Of a stretch of 64,000 nt of DNA, positions 1 to 11,658 are shown one piece after another. The notes beneath the pieces are model-generated. The model was not told where the DNA came from and made no database searches. It worked only from the letters and a program-made list of their open reading frames with translations. The stretch lies in contig JAQWFM010000002.1 in NCBI GenBank assembly GCA_028704415.1, positions 3,966 through 67,965 on the forward strand. Direction: 5' to 3'. Source of the stretch: Oscillospiraceae bacterium (GTDB lineage Bacteria; Bacillota; Clostridia; Saccharofermentanales; Fastidiosipilaceae). The translations under genes and the position numbers were made by a program. Position 1 is the stretch's first letter; each line of letters opens with the position of its first letter.

Positions 1-314
1 CGCAGCCAGTTACCATCACCACGATATTGTTATCCTTTGATTCCAATCTGAGCCGGGAAATCATGATCTCCCTGTCTGAAGAGGTGCTGTCGCGGCAAGA
101 AAGTCACAGTCCGTCCGAGCTGGTCAAAGACTTCGAACTGAGCTTTTACCGGAATGGTCAGTTGTTGCGGCAAATAAAGCAAACCGACAACTACCAGCGC
201 CATTGTGTTATCAAACTGCCTCAATCGCTGTCCTGTGACCGCGTGCAGCTAACTATTCTTGCAACCCATGGCACCGCGACGCCCAAAGTATTTGAGCTGC
301 GGGCTTATGGCTGA
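1..314 (+). CDS. 3' end of a larger CDS truncated by the left window edge (product not identified)
   Basis: The frame is open from nt 3 to the TGA at 312-314, with no stop upstream of the listed Met at 27. The ORF-track entry is therefore only the tail of a gene. I cannot name a family motif with certainty (tail ...TILATHGTATPKVFELRAYG). Confidence 0.4.
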   Translation, partial: QPVTITTILLSFDSNLSREIMISLSEEVLSRQESHSPSELVKDFELSFYRNGQLLRQIKQTDNYQRHCVIKLPQSLSCDRVQLTILATHGTATPKVFELRAYG

Positions 315-363
315 GCTGCGGGCCAGTGACTACTTCCGCTGAATCCCCCGGCAGGTCATGATC

Positions 364-1575
364 TCAGGTCTTTTCGATCCGCAGGCTGACAGAGCCATGG
401 AACAAGCCGTCCCGATCACGACGCCAGCGGGCCTGTCCGGCTACCAGGCCATGCTCCGGACACAGCAGCCAGCAGCGGCGTCTTTTACCGCCCTGACCGC
501 AGGCGGTCCACACCAGTTCCCGCTGCGGATCTGACCAGTCCGCCGCGGTCTGGTTGGCAGCCGCCGGGTCGCCAGCCGTCTGAGCGGCCTGCGACTGCTC
601 GTTATGGCTGTCGTTGGCGTCTGGCGTTACCTGGGTCTGTACCTGGGTCAGTCTAGCCAGTACCGCAAAAGGCGATACCGGCTGCGGATGAACTATCGCC
701 GGGTCTACATAGGCCTTAGCGCCGCCAGCTGTCTGCGCTGCTTCAGCCTGGGCCGCCTGTTCTACCGCGGCAAGCCAATCCTGCAAATTGTCCGGATCTA
801 AATCCGCGACCGTAGCAAAGCTGAGTCTGGCCTCACAAGCCGGGCAGCAAAGGGCCGCCGCTTCCAGTTCCGCTTCCATCTCCGCGGCTTTTTTAGCCGG
901 CGGCAGCGGTTGCTGGTGGCTGAGCTTCAAATCAGGATTATACGAATAGCGCTCAATAAACAGGGACAAAACTTCGGCGGCGCTCTGACCCTCCTCCCGG
1001 GCTACAATATCCAGTAAAACTTTCAGCACCTGACCGGTATAAAAAGCGTCACTCACCGCCTGATGAAAGGGTCGGGTCTTGGGGATTTGCAGCAAATCCA
1101 GGGCATACTCCACACTCCGCTGCGGGCCGCCGGGTTCACATATGCGGGTAAAAGCTCGCTGTACATTAAGCACGCGCACGCAAAGACAACTGTCCAAAGT
1201 GTGAAAAGCCAGGTTCTCTTTCAAAGGTTTAGCATCGCTGTCACTCCAGGTACAAAACACATAAGAAGAGCCACAAAAGCGGCTGAAGCTGGTCATAGCA
1301 TCCGGAAAGCTCACTCCGTATTTTAACGACTGCGTGCCGCGGTTAATCACCTGGGCCACATAGTGATTCAGCTCCGTATAGAGGACGGGTTTTATCTGGG
1401 TGCTGAATTGCTCCAAAAAATTGCCGTCCGCATCCAGCTTTACCGCGCCGATTTCAATAATTTCATAAGGCATCCGGGCCCGGTCTGCCGCGGCGATGTG
1501 GCTGGAGCGGCTGGGCATATTCCATTCCAGATCAAAGACAATAAAGTTCTGCGGGTGCGTCGTGTAGCTTTCCAT
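364..1575 (-). CDS. DEDDh (DnaQ/KapD/ERI-1-like) 3'-5' exonuclease fused to a low-complexity linker and a Cys-rich C-terminal module
   Basis: Exo motifs in order: FDLEW (Exo I), TWSDSD (Exo II), HQAVSDAFYT (Exo III, H-x4-D). The C-terminal half carries CCPAC ... CWLLCPEH, an Ala/Gln-rich stretch between them. SD AGAGGAAG lies 4 nt before the ATG at 1575. Confidence 0.7.
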   Translation of the reverse strand: MESYTTHPQNFIVFDLEWNMPSRSSHIAAADRARMPYEIIEIGAVKLDADGNFLEQFSTQIKPVLYTELNHYVAQVINRGTQSLKYGVSFPDAMTSFSRFCGSSYVFCTWSDSDAKPLKENLAFHTLDSCLCVRVLNVQRAFTRICEPGGPQRSVEYALDLLQIPKTRPFHQAVSDAFYTGQVLKVLLDIVAREEGQSAAEVLSLFIERYSYNPDLKLSHQQPLPPAKKAAEMEAELEAAALCCPACEARLSFATVADLDPDNLQDWLAAVEQAAQAEAAQTAGGAKAYVDPAIVHPQPVSPFAVLARLTQVQTQVTPDANDSHNEQSQAAQTAGDPAAANQTAADWSDPQRELVWTACGQGGKRRRCWLLCPEHGLVAGQARWRRDRDGLFHGSVSLRIEKT

Positions 1576-1619
1576 GCACTTCCTCTTCTCTATCAGGGTT
1601 CAGGCTGTTTACAGGCCGT

Positions 1620-1662
1620 AAAAAACCGCCCGGCTCAAGGAATCTTTCCCTGCGCCGGACGG
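1620..1662 (-). terminator. Intrinsic terminator downstream of rpoC
   Basis: Minus-strand RNA CCGUCCGGC-(19 nt loop)-GCCGGGCGG followed by UUUUUU (plus-strand A6 at 1620-1625). It lies about 60 nt after the rpoC stop. A second 9-bp hairpin, GCTGTAAGC/GCTTACAGC, sits at about 1677-1710. Confidence 0.6.
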
Positions 1663-1720
1663 CTCCCTGGGTGTGAGCTGTAAGCCCCCGGTTGAGGCAG
1701 CTTACAGCCGGCTGCTGTGC

Positions 1721-4700
1721 TTACTCCCCCAGGGACGGGTTTTCATCCGCCGTGTCCGGGCGGTCATCCTGAGTCTCCGCCTCAAGATCCTGCTCCAGCT
1801 CCTCCGACAGATCATCGGCCGCGTCATCGGATGCGTCAATGTCCGCTACCGCTCCGGCACTGGGGCTGTCCGTATCAATGTCATCTGGATCATCAACCGT
1901 AAACGAGCCAGCCGACTCAATCAGGGCACGGTTATCTTCAATGACCGGCACGGCGGTAATGTTGCGGTAAGCCTTCAAGCCGGTACCGGCCGGAATCAGC
2001 GTACCGATGATAACATTTTCCTTCAGGCCCAGCAGCGGGTCGATCTTGCCTTTAACCGCGGCGTCAGTCAGCACCCGGGTGGTCTCCTGGAACGACGCGG
2101 CGGATAAGAAGGACTCTGTGGCCAGCGAAGCTTTGGTAATACCCAGCAGCACGCGCTTGCCCTCTGCCTGCATCTTGCCTTCTGCTTCCAGCCGTTTATT
2201 TTCTTCCTGATAAGCAAACAGGTCAACCAGCGTGCCCGTCATCAGATTGGAATCACCCGGATCATCAATCCTGACCTTGCGCAGCATCTGGCGGGTGATG
2301 ATCTCAACGTGTTTATCATTGATTTCAACACCGTTGTTTTTATAGACCTTAATAACCTCAGAAATAATGTAGCGCTGTACCCCGTCGGGTCCGCTGATCC
2401 GCATAATATCATGCGGATTAACAGAACCATCCGTGATCAGGTCACCCGGTTTGACGGTTTCGCCATCACTGACCAGCAGCGGCGCGCCAAACGGCACACT
2501 ATAGGTGACAGCTTCTTTATCCTCATTGGTGACCGTAACTTCACGTTTGCGGCGGGCGCCTTCTTCAATATGCACCGTGCCGCCCAACTCGGTCATGATG
2601 GCCTGGCCCTTAGGTTTACGGGCTTCAAACAGTTCCTCGACACGGGGCAGACCCTGCGTAATATCACTGGAGGCCGCAATACCGCCGTTATGGAAGTTAC
2701 GCATGGTCAGCTGCGTGCCCGGCTCACCAATGGACTGCGCGGCCATAATGCCAACCGCTTCGCCCACCACGGCAAAACCGCCGGTAGCCAGGTTAGTGCC
2801 GTAGCACTTGGAGCAAATACCGTTTTTAGAGCGGCAATTCAGCGCGGTGCGGATCGGCACCATCTCAATGCCGGCCGCTTCAATCCGGTCAGCTACCGTA
2901 GCTGTGATGAGCTCGCCCCCCGGAGCCAGGACCTCTCCGGTTTCCGGGTCTAAGACATCCCGTGCGGCGCAGCGACCCAAAATCCGGTCATGCAGAGACT
3001 TGACCACATGTCGGCTGCCCACGGTGGAACCTACGGTCAGCGCGGTCATTTCCGTGTAGTCACTGGTATGGCAGTCTTCTTCCCTGATAATTACGTCCTG
3101 GGCCACGTCAACCAGCCGGCGGGTCAGATAACCTGAGTCAGCCGTTTTCAAAGCCGTATCAGACAGGGCCTTGCGGGCGCCGTGCGAAGAGATAAAGAAC
3201 TCCAGCACGTTCATGCCTTCGCGCAGGTTGGATTTGATCGGAATTTCAATGGCCTGTCCTGACGTATCCGTCATGTTGCCGCGCATGCCGGCCAGCTGCT
3301 TGATCTGCGACATGGAGCCACGGGCGCCGGAAGCCGACATCATTTGTACCGGGTTGTCATCCGGGAGGCTGTTTTTCAACGCTTCCGTGATGTCATCTGT
3401 AATCTGCCGCCAAACCTTAATGGTAGCCTGCTTACGTCCGTCCTCATTTAACAGGCCGCGGTTGAACTGCTTGGTAATGCGATCAACCTTGACCTCAGCC
3501 TCAGCCAGGAATTTCTTTTTAACGCCCGGCACAATCATGTCAAAGATACCAATGGAGATACCGCTGCGGGTGGAGTAATGATAGCCCAGCGCCTTGATCC
3601 GGTCCAGGGTGGCCGCGGTGACCGGGATACCATTATGGATGATGCAGCGTTCAATAATATCACCCAGCTGCTTTTTGCCCACTCGGAAATCCACCTCAAT
3701 TTTGAGACAGTTTTCCGGCTGGCTGCGGTCCACATAGCCCAGATTCTGGGGCAGGACTTCATTTAACAGCAGCCGTCCCAAGGTAGTCTTTATGGTACCG
3801 GTAACCGTCTCTCCAGCCGGATTTTGCCTGGAAACCCGGACCAGAATAGGCGCCTGCAGGGTAATGATGTGCTCACCATAAGCCATGCGGGCTTCGTCCA
3901 TACTGCTGAAAGCTTTGTTTTCGCCCTTATCCCCTTCCCGGACGGTGGTCAGGTAATAGATACCCAAAACCATATCCTGGGTGGGGACGGTAACCGGTTT
4001 GCCATCCTGCGGTTTGAGCAGATTGTTGGCAGCCAGCATCAGGTAACGGGCCTCCGCCTGAGCTTCAGCGGACAAGGGCAAATGCACGGCCATCTGATCG
4101 CCGTCAAAGTCAGCGTTGTAAGCGGTACAGGCCAGCGGATGCAACTTGATGGCCCGGCCTTCAACCAGCACCGGTTCAAAAGCCTGAATGCCCAGACGGT
4201 GCAGGGTAGGCGCGCGGTTAAGCAGGACCGGGTGATCCTTGATAACGTCTTCCAGAATATCCCAGACCTCATCTGAAGCCCGCTCCACCAAACGTTTGGC
4301 GGTCTTGATATTGTGAGCGTAGCCTTCTTCAACCAGCCGCTTCATTACAAAGGGCTTGAACAGCTCCACGGCCATTTCCTTAGGCAGGCCGCATTGGTGC
4401 ATTTTGAGCTCCGGGCCAACCACGATAACAGAACGGCCGGAGTAGTCCACCCGCTTACCCAGCAGGTTCTGGCGGAAACGACCCTGTTTACCTTTCAGCA
4501 AATCAGACAGGCTCTTGAGCGCCCGGCTGGACGCCCCGGTTACCGGGCGGCCGCGACGGCCATTATCAATCAGCGCGTCGACTGCCTCCTGCAGCATCCG
4601 TTTTTCATTGCGCACGATAATCTGCGGCGCTCCCAGGTCTAGGAGTTTGGACAGGCGGTTATTGCGGTTAATAACCCTGCGGTACAGATCATTCAGGTCA

Positions 4701-5572
4701 GAGGTGGCAAAACGGCCGCCATCCAGCTGCACCATAGGCCGAAGTTCCGGCGGCAGGACCGGCAGGACATCCAGCACCATCCATTCGGGGCGGTTATTGG
4801 AGATCTTGAAAGACTCCACCACTTCCAGCCGTTTGATGATCCGGGCCCGTTTTTGGCCGCTGGAGCTGCGCAGTTCCGCCCGCAGCTCATCGGCCAGGGT
4901 ATCCGGGTCAATGGCCTGCAGCAATTCTTTAACCGCTTCCGCGCCCATTTGAGCCCGGAAATTACTGCGGCCAAAGTTAGCCTGCGCGTCGCGGTATTCC
5001 CGCTCCGTCAGCAGCTGCTTGTACTGCAGGGTGGTCTTGCCCGGATCCAGCACAATGTAGCTGGCAAAGTACAGCACTTTTTCCAGATTGCGCGGGGAAA
5101 TATCCAGGATCAGGCCCATGCGGCTGGGGATACCGCGGAAATACCAGATATGCGATACCGGCGAAGCCAGCTTGATATGGCCCATGCGCTCGCGGCGCAC
5201 TTTAGCCTTAGTGACTTCAACACCGCAGCGGTCGCAGACAATGCCGCGGTAACGGATCTTTTTATATTTACCGCAATGGCACTCCCAGTCTTTGGTCGGT
5301 CCGAAGATCCGTTCACAAAACAGGCCGTCCCGCTCAGGCTTAAGGGTGCGGTAGTTAATGGTTTCAGGCTTTTTAACTTCACCATGCGACCATTCCAGAA
5401 TCCGCTCCGGCGAAGCCAGGCTGATGCCGATCGCTTCAATATTGTTCATTTCCATTTTATTATCGCCGCGGCGGTCATATCTGCTGCGGCTGTTATTCAT
5501 CAGCCCATCCGTTTCCGGCATGGGGACATCAACCTGCTGCTGCAAGTCCAGATTCAGATTATCAGAATTCAT
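1721..5572 (-). CDS. rpoC: DNA-directed RNA polymerase subunit beta'
   Basis: Unmistakable RpoC sequence: [33 protein letters not shown], CHCGKYKK...CDRCGVEVT zinc site, [12 protein letters not shown] catalytic loop. The start is placed at ATG 5572 (MNSDN...) with SD GAGGG 5 nt upstream. By homology the start would be ATG 5455 ([17 protein letters not shown]), which has no SD. The track start at 5641 lies inside rpoB and is rejected. Confidence 0.95.
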   Translation of the reverse strand: MNSDNLNLDLQQQVDVPMPETDGLMNNSRSRYDRRGDNKMEMNNIEAIGISLASPERILEWSHGEVKKPETINYRTLKPERDGLFCERIFGPTKDWECHCGKYKKIRYRGIVCDRCGVEVTKAKVRRERMGHIKLASPVSHIWYFRGIPSRMGLILDISPRNLEKVLYFASYIVLDPGKTTLQYKQLLTEREYRDAQANFGRSNFRAQMGAEAVKELLQAIDPDTLADELRAELRSSSGQKRARIIKRLEVVESFKISNNRPEWMVLDVLPVLPPELRPMVQLDGGRFATSDLNDLYRRVINRNNRLSKLLDLGAPQIIVRNEKRMLQEAVDALIDNGRRGRPVTGASSRALKSLSDLLKGKQGRFRQNLLGKRVDYSGRSVIVVGPELKMHQCGLPKEMAVELFKPFVMKRLVEEGYAHNIKTAKRLVERASDEVWDILEDVIKDHPVLLNRAPTLHRLGIQAFEPVLVEGRAIKLHPLACTAYNADFDGDQMAVHLPLSAEAQAEARYLMLAANNLLKPQDGKPVTVPTQDMVLGIYYLTTVREGDKGENKAFSSMDEARMAYGEHIITLQAPILVRVSRQNPAGETVTGTIKTTLGRLLLNEVLPQNLGYVDRSQPENCLKIEVDFRVGKKQLGDIIERCIIHNGIPVTAATLDRIKALGYHYSTRSGISIGIFDMIVPGVKKKFLAEAEVKVDRITKQFNRGLLNEDGRKQATIKVWRQITDDITEALKNSLPDDNPVQMMSASGARGSMSQIKQLAGMRGNMTDTSGQAIEIPIKSNLREGMNVLEFFISSHGARKALSDTALKTADSGYLTRRLVDVAQDVIIREEDCHTSDYTEMTALTVGSTVGSRHVVKSLHDRILGRCAARDVLDPETGEVLAPGGELITATVADRIEAAGIEMVPIRTALNCRSKNGICSKCYGTNLATGGFAVVGEAVGIMAAQSIGEPGTQLTMRNFHNGGIAASSDITQGLPRVEELFEARKPKGQAIMTELGGTVHIEEGARRKREVTVTNEDKEAVTYSVPFGAPLLVSDGETVKPGDLITDGSVNPHDIMRISGPDGVQRYIISEVIKVYKNNGVEINDKHVEIITRQMLRKVRIDDPGDSNLMTGTLVDLFAYQEENKRLEAEGKMQAEGKRVLLGITKASLATESFLSAASFQETTRVLTDAAVKGKIDPLLGLKENVIIGTLIPAGTGLKAYRNITAVPVIEDNRALIESAGSFTVDDPDDIDTDSPSAGAVADIDASDDAADDLSEELEQDLEAETQDDRPDTADENPSLGE

Positions 5573-8500
5573 CGTTGCCCTCACTCTTGCTCGGTGTGTG
5601 CGCGTGCACCAGATCGAAATCATCCTCCGCCGGTTCCGCATTATCCACCGTCAGGGTATCGTCTCCGCTCTGGCGGTTAAGCTGGCCGGTCTGAAAGCCG
5701 CTCCGGTTTAGCTCCTGTTCATCATCCTTGCTGAAGTCAATGTGGCGCAGGCGATGACTGGGCAGGGTATCAATTTCGTCATCTTCAATTTCTTCTTTAA
5801 TCTCCAGCGGGACGTTGTCCGTCGTGAAGACTTTAACATCCAGACACAGAGACTGCAGTTCCTTAACCAAAACCTTAAAGGATTCAGGAATACCGGACTC
5901 CGGTACGTTTTCACCCTTGACAATGGCTTCATAGGTTTTGGTCCGGCCGGTAATATCATCAGATTTAACGGTCAGGATTTCACGCAAGGTATAGGACGCG
6001 CCGTAGGCTTTAAGTGCCCAGACCTCCATTTCGCCAAAGCGCTGGCCGCCAAACTGGGCTTTACCGCCCAGCGGCTGCTGAGTTACCAGGGAGTAAGGTC
6101 CGATGGAACGGGCGTGGATTTTGTCATCCACCAGATGATGCAGTTTAAGGTAATACATAATGCCTATGGTAACCCGGTTTTCAAACGGTTCACCGGTCCG
6201 GCCATCATACATGACGGTTTTGCCGTCCGGGTCAATCCCGGCTTTTTCAAACGCTTCCCGCACATCATCCTCATTGGCGCCGTCAAAGACCGGGGTGGCA
6301 ACCTTCCAGCCCAGCGCCCGGGCCGCGCGGCCCAGATGGACCTCAAGCAGCTGGCCGATATTCATACGTGACGGCACGCCCAGGGGGTTAAGCACAATGT
6401 CCAGCGGGGTGCCGTCCGGCAGGAAGGGCATGTCCTCAACCGGCAGAATACGGGACACCACACCTTTATTACCATGCCGTCCGGCCATTTTATCGCCCAC
6501 GCTGATTTTGCGTTTTTGAGCAATATATACACGGACCAGCCGGTTGACGCCGGCCTTCTTGAGATCGTCCTCCTGATTGTTGCGGTCAAACTCAACCACA
6601 TCCACCACAATACCGGATTCACCGTGCGGCACCCGGACGGAGGTATCCCGGACCTCACGGATCTTTTCACCAAAAATAGCCCGGTACAACCGTTCCTCCG
6701 CGGTCAGCTCCGTCTCGCCCTTGGGGGTGACTTTACCCACCAGGATATCCCCGGAACGAACTTCAGCGCCAATGCGGATAATGCCCCGCTCATCCAGATC
6801 CTTCAGCACATCATCACTGACGTTGGGGATTTCACGGGTGATTTCCTCCGGCCCCAGCTTAGTGTCACGGGCTTCGCAGTCATATTCCTCAATATGAATT
6901 GAGGTGTAGACATCCTCCCGCACCAGCCGTTCACTGATCAAAACGGCATCCTCATAGTTATAACCTTCCCAGGTCATAAAGCCGATCAGCACGTTGCGGC
7001 CCAGCGCCAGTTCACCGTGATCCGTTGACGGACCGTCGGCAATGATTTCGCCTTTTTTAACCTGCTGGCCCATCTTGACGATAGGGTGCTGGTTGACACA
7101 GTTGCTTTGGTTGGAGCGCTGATACTTGGTCAGGCTATAGGTGTCTTTAGTCGTTTTGCCCGTGGAGACCACAATGGAATCCGCCGAGACATACTCCACC
7201 ACGCCGTCATTTTTGGCAATGGCGCAGACACCTGAATCCCTGGCGGCATAGTACTCCATACCCGTACCGATGATCGGAGCCTCGGTTTTAATCAGCGGCA
7301 CCGCCTGACGCTGCATGTTGGAGCCCATCAGGGCGCGGTTAGCGTCATCATTGCCCAAAAACGGGATCAGGCTGGTTGCGACGGACACCACCTGTTTGGG
7401 CGAAACATCCATCAGGTCCACGCGTTCCGGCGGAATTTCCAAAAACTTATCCAGCCAGCGGACCGTGATGCGCTTGGCAATGAAGTGGCCTTCCTCATCC
7501 AGCGGCTCATTGGCCTGCGCAATGTAATAGTTATCCTCCTGGTCAGCCGTCATATAGCGGACCTCTTTGGTTACAATGCCCTTTTCCTTATCATAAATGC
7601 GGTAAGGGGTTTCAATAAAGCCGTAGTTGTTAACCCGGGCATAGGTAGCCAGCGAGTTGATCAGGCCGATGTTCGGTCCTTCAGGGGTTTCAATGGGGCA
7701 CATCCGGCCGTAGTGGGACGTATGAACGTCACGGACTTCAAAGTTAGCGCGGTCACGGGACAGGCCGCCCGGTCCCAAAGCGGACAAGCGGCGCTTATGC
7801 GTGAGCTCGGCCAGGGGATTTTGCTGGTCAGCAAACTGTGACAGCTGCGAAGAACCAAAAAACTCTTTAATCGCCGCGCTGATGGGGCGCGTATTCACCA
7901 TGTTTTGCGGGGTAGCGGTTTCAGGTACGGCCGAATTCAGTTTTTCCCGCACCGCGCGCTCCATGCGGGCAAACCCCACCCGAATCTGATTTTGCAGTAA
8001 TTCACCGACCGAGCGGATGCGGCGGTTGCCCAGGTGATCAATATCATCTGTGGTGCCAACACCCTTAAACAAACCCAGCAAATAGCTCACTGAAGCGACA
8101 ATATCCTCCAGGGTCAGATGCTTGGGCGTCAGCTCCGTTTGCTTCAGCAGTAGCGCGTCCTGCAGCAGTTCCACCAAATTGGCTTCAGGATCTGCTTCAA
8201 CTTTGGCCTCAACTTCAGAAATCACGTCACGCAAGACAGAGATGCGTACCATTTCATGAAGGCCCGCATCCTCCGGATCAAAGCCGGCCAGCCTGGCCTC
8301 ACCAAAATGATTGCGCAGGTAAAGATCCGCATGCACCCGGCCGTTACCAATGACCTTGTGCTTGCTGTCCCCTTCAACCACCGTATCACCGGAAACCAGC
8401 ATGGGCAGAACCATGACCTCATTGATGCCGGCCTCTTGAATCGCCCAGGCGGTTTGCTCATCAATAATCTGACCGTCTTCGGCCAGAACCTCGCCGTCCT

Positions 8501-9392
8501 CTGTGACCACATTCTGCGCGGCCTTATGTCCGATCAGGCGGTCGGCCAGGGACAGCTTTTTATTCAGTTTATAAGTTCCCACCCGGGCCAGATCATAGCG
8601 GCGGGCATCAAAGAACATGTTGCGCAGCAGACTCTCCGCGCCTTCAGTTGACACCGGATCTCCCGGCCGCAGTTTACGGTAAAGCTCCTGCAAGCCCTCC
8701 TCACGGGAGTGGCAGGTATCCTTGGTCAGGGTGGCCATCAAGCGCTCATCCTCACCAAACACCTGCAGCATTTCCTCATTGGTGCCAAAGCCCAGGGATC
8801 TCAGGAAAACGGTGATCGGGAATTTGCGGTTGCGGTCTACCCGCACCGACACGATATCATTGGCGTCCGACTCATACTCCAGCCACGCGCCGCGGTTGGG
8901 GATGATCTGCGACGCAAACAGGGTTTTGTCAGTCTTAACGTCATTAGCTGAGGAAAAATACGCTCCCGGTGAACGGACCAGCTGGCTGATCACCACACGC
9001 TCAGCCCCGCTGATAATAAAGGTGCCGGTCTCTGTCATGATAGGGAAATCACAAATGTACAGCAGCTGCTCCACATGGGTGCCGTCTGCCTTATCCAGGC
9101 GGACCTTGACCTTAAGCGGGGCGGCATAGGTTTCATCATGCACGCGGCATTGTTTGATGCTGCGGCTGGGATGATTGATATCAAACTCTTTATCTACAAA
9201 CGATAAGCGCAGCGAATTACTGAAATTTGCGGTTATGGGAGAGATATCCCGCAAGACATCCATCAGTCCCTGATCTAGGAACCACTGGTAGGACTTTTTT
9301 TGTATCTCTACCAGATATGGAATATCTACGACTTCCTCCAGCTTGGAATACGACATTCGTTCGGCATTACCCAGTTTTACCGGATGCACCAT
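5562..9392 (-). CDS. rpoB: DNA-directed RNA polymerase subunit beta
   Basis: RpoB hallmarks: [25 protein letters not shown] (rifampicin cluster region), [33 protein letters not shown] lies 8 nt before ATG 9392. Confidence 0.97.
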   Translation of the reverse strand: MVHPVKLGNAERMSYSKLEEVVDIPYLVEIQKKSYQWFLDQGLMDVLRDISPITANFSNSLRLSFVDKEFDINHPSRSIKQCRVHDETYAAPLKVKVRLDKADGTHVEQLLYICDFPIMTETGTFIISGAERVVISQLVRSPGAYFSSANDVKTDKTLFASQIIPNRGAWLEYESDANDIVSVRVDRNRKFPITVFLRSLGFGTNEEMLQVFGEDERLMATLTKDTCHSREEGLQELYRKLRPGDPVSTEGAESLLRNMFFDARRYDLARVGTYKLNKKLSLADRLIGHKAAQNVVTEDGEVLAEDGQIIDEQTAWAIQEAGINEVMVLPMLVSGDTVVEGDSKHKVIGNGRVHADLYLRNHFGEARLAGFDPEDAGLHEMVRISVLRDVISEVEAKVEADPEANLVELLQDALLLKQTELTPKHLTLEDIVASVSYLLGLFKGVGTTDDIDHLGNRRIRSVGELLQNQIRVGFARMERAVREKLNSAVPETATPQNMVNTRPISAAIKEFFGSSQLSQFADQQNPLAELTHKRRLSALGPGGLSRDRANFEVRDVHTSHYGRMCPIETPEGPNIGLINSLATYARVNNYGFIETPYRIYDKEKGIVTKEVRYMTADQEDNYYIAQANEPLDEEGHFIAKRITVRWLDKFLEIPPERVDLMDVSPKQVVSVATSLIPFLGNDDANRALMGSNMQRQAVPLIKTEAPIIGTGMEYYAARDSGVCAIAKNDGVVEYVSADSIVVSTGKTTKDTYSLTKYQRSNQSNCVNQHPIVKMGQQVKKGEIIADGPSTDHGELALGRNVLIGFMTWEGYNYEDAVLISERLVREDVYTSIHIEEYDCEARDTKLGPEEITREIPNVSDDVLKDLDERGIIRIGAEVRSGDILVGKVTPKGETELTAEERLYRAIFGEKIREVRDTSVRVPHGESGIVVDVVEFDRNNQEDDLKKAGVNRLVRVYIAQKRKISVGDKMAGRHGNKGVVSRILPVEDMPFLPDGTPLDIVLNPLGVPSRMNIGQLLEVHLGRAARALGWKVATPVFDGANEDDVREAFEKAGIDPDGKTVMYDGRTGEPFENRVTIGIMYYLKLHHLVDDKIHARSIGPYSLVTQQPLGGKAQFGGQRFGEMEVWALKAYGASYTLREILTVKSDDITGRTKTYEAIVKGENVPESGIPESFKVLVKELQSLCLDVKVFTTDNVPLEIKEEIEDDEIDTLPSHRLRHIDFSKDDEQELNRSGFQTGQLNRQSGDDTLTVDNAEPAEDDFDLVHAHTPSKSEGNDEF

Positions 9393-9553
9393 GTACAGTT
9401 CACCTCATCACACTTGACGTTACCGCCTGATTTCCGTTATTTTATTAAACAAACGGAACGGTTTTGATTGTCCGCCAATATTCAGAGCCCTCAGTATGAC
9501 GGCCCGAGCGGCAGAAAACAGCTGAGAGTCGCTTTATATCGACACGTTTAATC

Positions 9554-9583
9554 ATTATAGCAACGTATTTTCCTTAGCGTCAA
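9554..9583 (-). promoter_or_regulatory. Candidate sigma-A promoter for rpoBC
   Basis: On the minus strand: TTGACG (9583-9578), 18-nt spacer, TATAAT (9559-9554). It sits about 160 nt upstream of the rpoB ATG within an AT-rich 410-bp spacer. Confidence 0.4.
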
Positions 9584-9802
9584 CGGCCGGATACTATAAA
9601 AGCGGCTTTGTCAAGCACTTTCAGATTATCTACTGAACTTTTAGCGAATTAACAAAAATGTTGGTTTATATTGACAACAAACTTTTTTTCTGAAGCAGGC
9701 TGTATGCTGGATTAGCATAGAATTGCCTGAACCCCTCTTAAGCCAGCTGCGCTTAATAACTTACCAGGTATACTTTAATTGGTAACATGGGTGGACTGCA
9801 GA

Positions 9803-10675
9803 CTATGACTTGACCGCTCCCGCGGTAAGGCCCTGAATAATTTGTTTTTGCTCAATTAAGTAAAAAATCATGATGGGTACCATACTGAGAAGGAAGGCGG
9901 CAAAGGCTAAATTATAAGCCACAGTATATTTAGATTGAAAATTGTATTGATACAGAGGCAGAGTCCACAATTTCTGACTAGCATTCAACATTAATAACGG
10001 CAGCTGAAAATCATTCCATATCCAAAGCGTATCCATAATAATAATTGACACAATGATTGGTTTCATCAAAGGATAAACAATATGAAGGAATGTGTAAAAC
10101 ACACTGGCTCCATCTATGTAAGCCGCTTCATCCATTTCAATCGGCACGCCAGTCTGAATAAAACTAACCGCCAGGAGCAAACCTTCTGACAATGAATAAC
10201 ACCAATATAAAATAATTAAACCCCAGCTATTTAACAGATGCAGATTACTCATGAGTTTGATTTGCGGCACCATCAAAATTGTAAAAGGTACAAACGCACC
10301 AGATACAAACAAAAAATAGACTGCCTTATAATAGACTTTTCTAAAGTTACGGGCTACAGCGTAGGAAACCAACGGTACAATAAAGGCAATCCCATCTAAG
10401 GAAACAACTGTTATAAAAAGAGAATTCCAGATGTAATATATAAAGTTAGACGCCCTAATAACTTCAGAAAAATTGCCCCAATACAGCGTAACAGGCAGCG
10501 CAAAAAAATCTTGCGCTGTTTCTGCCGGGGTTTTAAAAGCTGTGATCACCGTCACATACATAGGCAAAAGTATGGCTGCAAGTCCAAGGATTAAAAACAA
10601 GTATGTACTTATAGTCGAAACTAATGATTTGTTAAACAATAGTCCCTTCCGGCTTACGTCATTGGTTTTGATCAT
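9803..10675 (-). CDS. Carbohydrate ABC transporter permease (MalG/CUT1-type)
   Basis: Six-TM protein with the BPD_transp_1 EAA-type loop (EAAYIDGASVFYTFLHIVYPLMKP). SD AGGAGG lies 6 nt before the ATG and overlaps the stop of the upstream permease. Confidence 0.85.
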   Translation of the reverse strand: MIKTNDVSRKGLLFNKSLVSTISTYLFLILGLAAILLPMYVTVITAFKTPAETAQDFFALPVTLYWGNFSEVIRASNFIYYIWNSLFITVVSLDGIAFIVPLVSYAVARNFRKVYYKAVYFLFVSGAFVPFTILMVPQIKLMSNLHLLNSWGLIILYWCYSLSEGLLLAVSFIQTGVPIEMDEAAYIDGASVFYTFLHIVYPLMKPIIVSIIIMDTLWIWNDFQLPLLMLNASQKLWTLPLYQYNFQSKYTVAYNLAFAAFLLSMVPIMIFYLIEQKQIIQGLTAGAVKS

Positions 10676-10685
10676 GGGGTGCCTC

Positions 10686-11576
10686 CTAATCCTTTACTCT
10701 GCTCATGTGCAGTTGCAGTAAAGCAAAGATAGTTATGAGCAAAAAGCAGAGGGTAGATTCCGCAGAAGAATAACCAAAGCGCATATCTGTAAACGCATGT
10801 TTATATATCAGCGTTGCAATAGACATCGTGGAAAATCCAGGACCTCCATTAGTAGTGGCCTTAATGTAATCAAAAACCATTAACCCGGACCGCGCGTTAA
10901 AAATAATGATGATAGAGATAGTCGGCATAAGCAATGGTAATTTAATATACCGTAAGGTCTGCCCATGACTGGCGCCATCAATTCGAGCGGCTTCTAATAT
11001 GTCATTGGAAATAGTTTGCAAACCAGAAATAGCCAATACCGTCGGCAAGGCTGTTCCTTGCCAGATATTGATAAGAAGAATGGCAAACATAGCTGTTTGA
11101 CTATTACTGAGCAGCGATTGGGACAAAATAGGGATATGAAGGGTTTTGCCTATAACCGGCAGTAAATTACTGTATATTTGATTGAAGATCAAGCCAATTG
11201 TAATACTACTTAAGACCGCTGGAAAAAAGTATACCGCTCTGAAAAATGACTTTCCCTTTATATTTCGGTTTAATAACAATGCCAGCAGTACCGCCATAAA
11301 AGTACAGATTATCACCAGCAAAAAGGTATACCCAAATGTTCTGCCAACGATCGTTAAAGAAGTCTGATCAGACAATATTTTGTGATAATTATCCAGACCA
11401 ACATAGTGAAAGGTTTTGCTCATACCATTCCAATCGGTCAGACTGTAATACAAGCCCGAGATAAGCGGATAGACAATAAAAAAGCTATATAGAAAAACTG
11501 CCGGCAGGGTGAAAAATATAAAAACGCCCTTCCGATTGACAGACTTCTTTTGGACTCCAGCCCTCACCTGCCTCAT
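10686..11576 (-). CDS. Carbohydrate ABC transporter permease (MalF/CUT1-type)
   Basis: EAA loop EAARIDGASHGQTLRYIKLPLLMP and multiple TM segments. I prefer ATG 11576 (SD GGAGGAAGG 9 nt upstream) over the GTG at 11582. Confidence 0.85.
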   Translation of the reverse strand: MRQVRAGVQKKSVNRKGVFIFFTLPAVFLYSFFIVYPLISGLYYSLTDWNGMSKTFHYVGLDNYHKILSDQTSLTIVGRTFGYTFLLVIICTFMAVLLALLLNRNIKGKSFFRAVYFFPAVLSSITIGLIFNQIYSNLLPVIGKTLHIPILSQSLLSNSQTAMFAILLINIWQGTALPTVLAISGLQTISNDILEAARIDGASHGQTLRYIKLPLLMPTISIIIIFNARSGLMVFDYIKATTNGGPGFSTMSIATLIYKHAFTDMRFGYSSAESTLCFLLITIFALLQLHMSRVKD

Positions 11577-11658
11577 ACGCACCTTCCTCCAATATACAAA
11601 TAACCGGAATCTCTACTTTGCCCACTTTGTCGAGTTCCGGTTATCTGCGCATTTTTAG

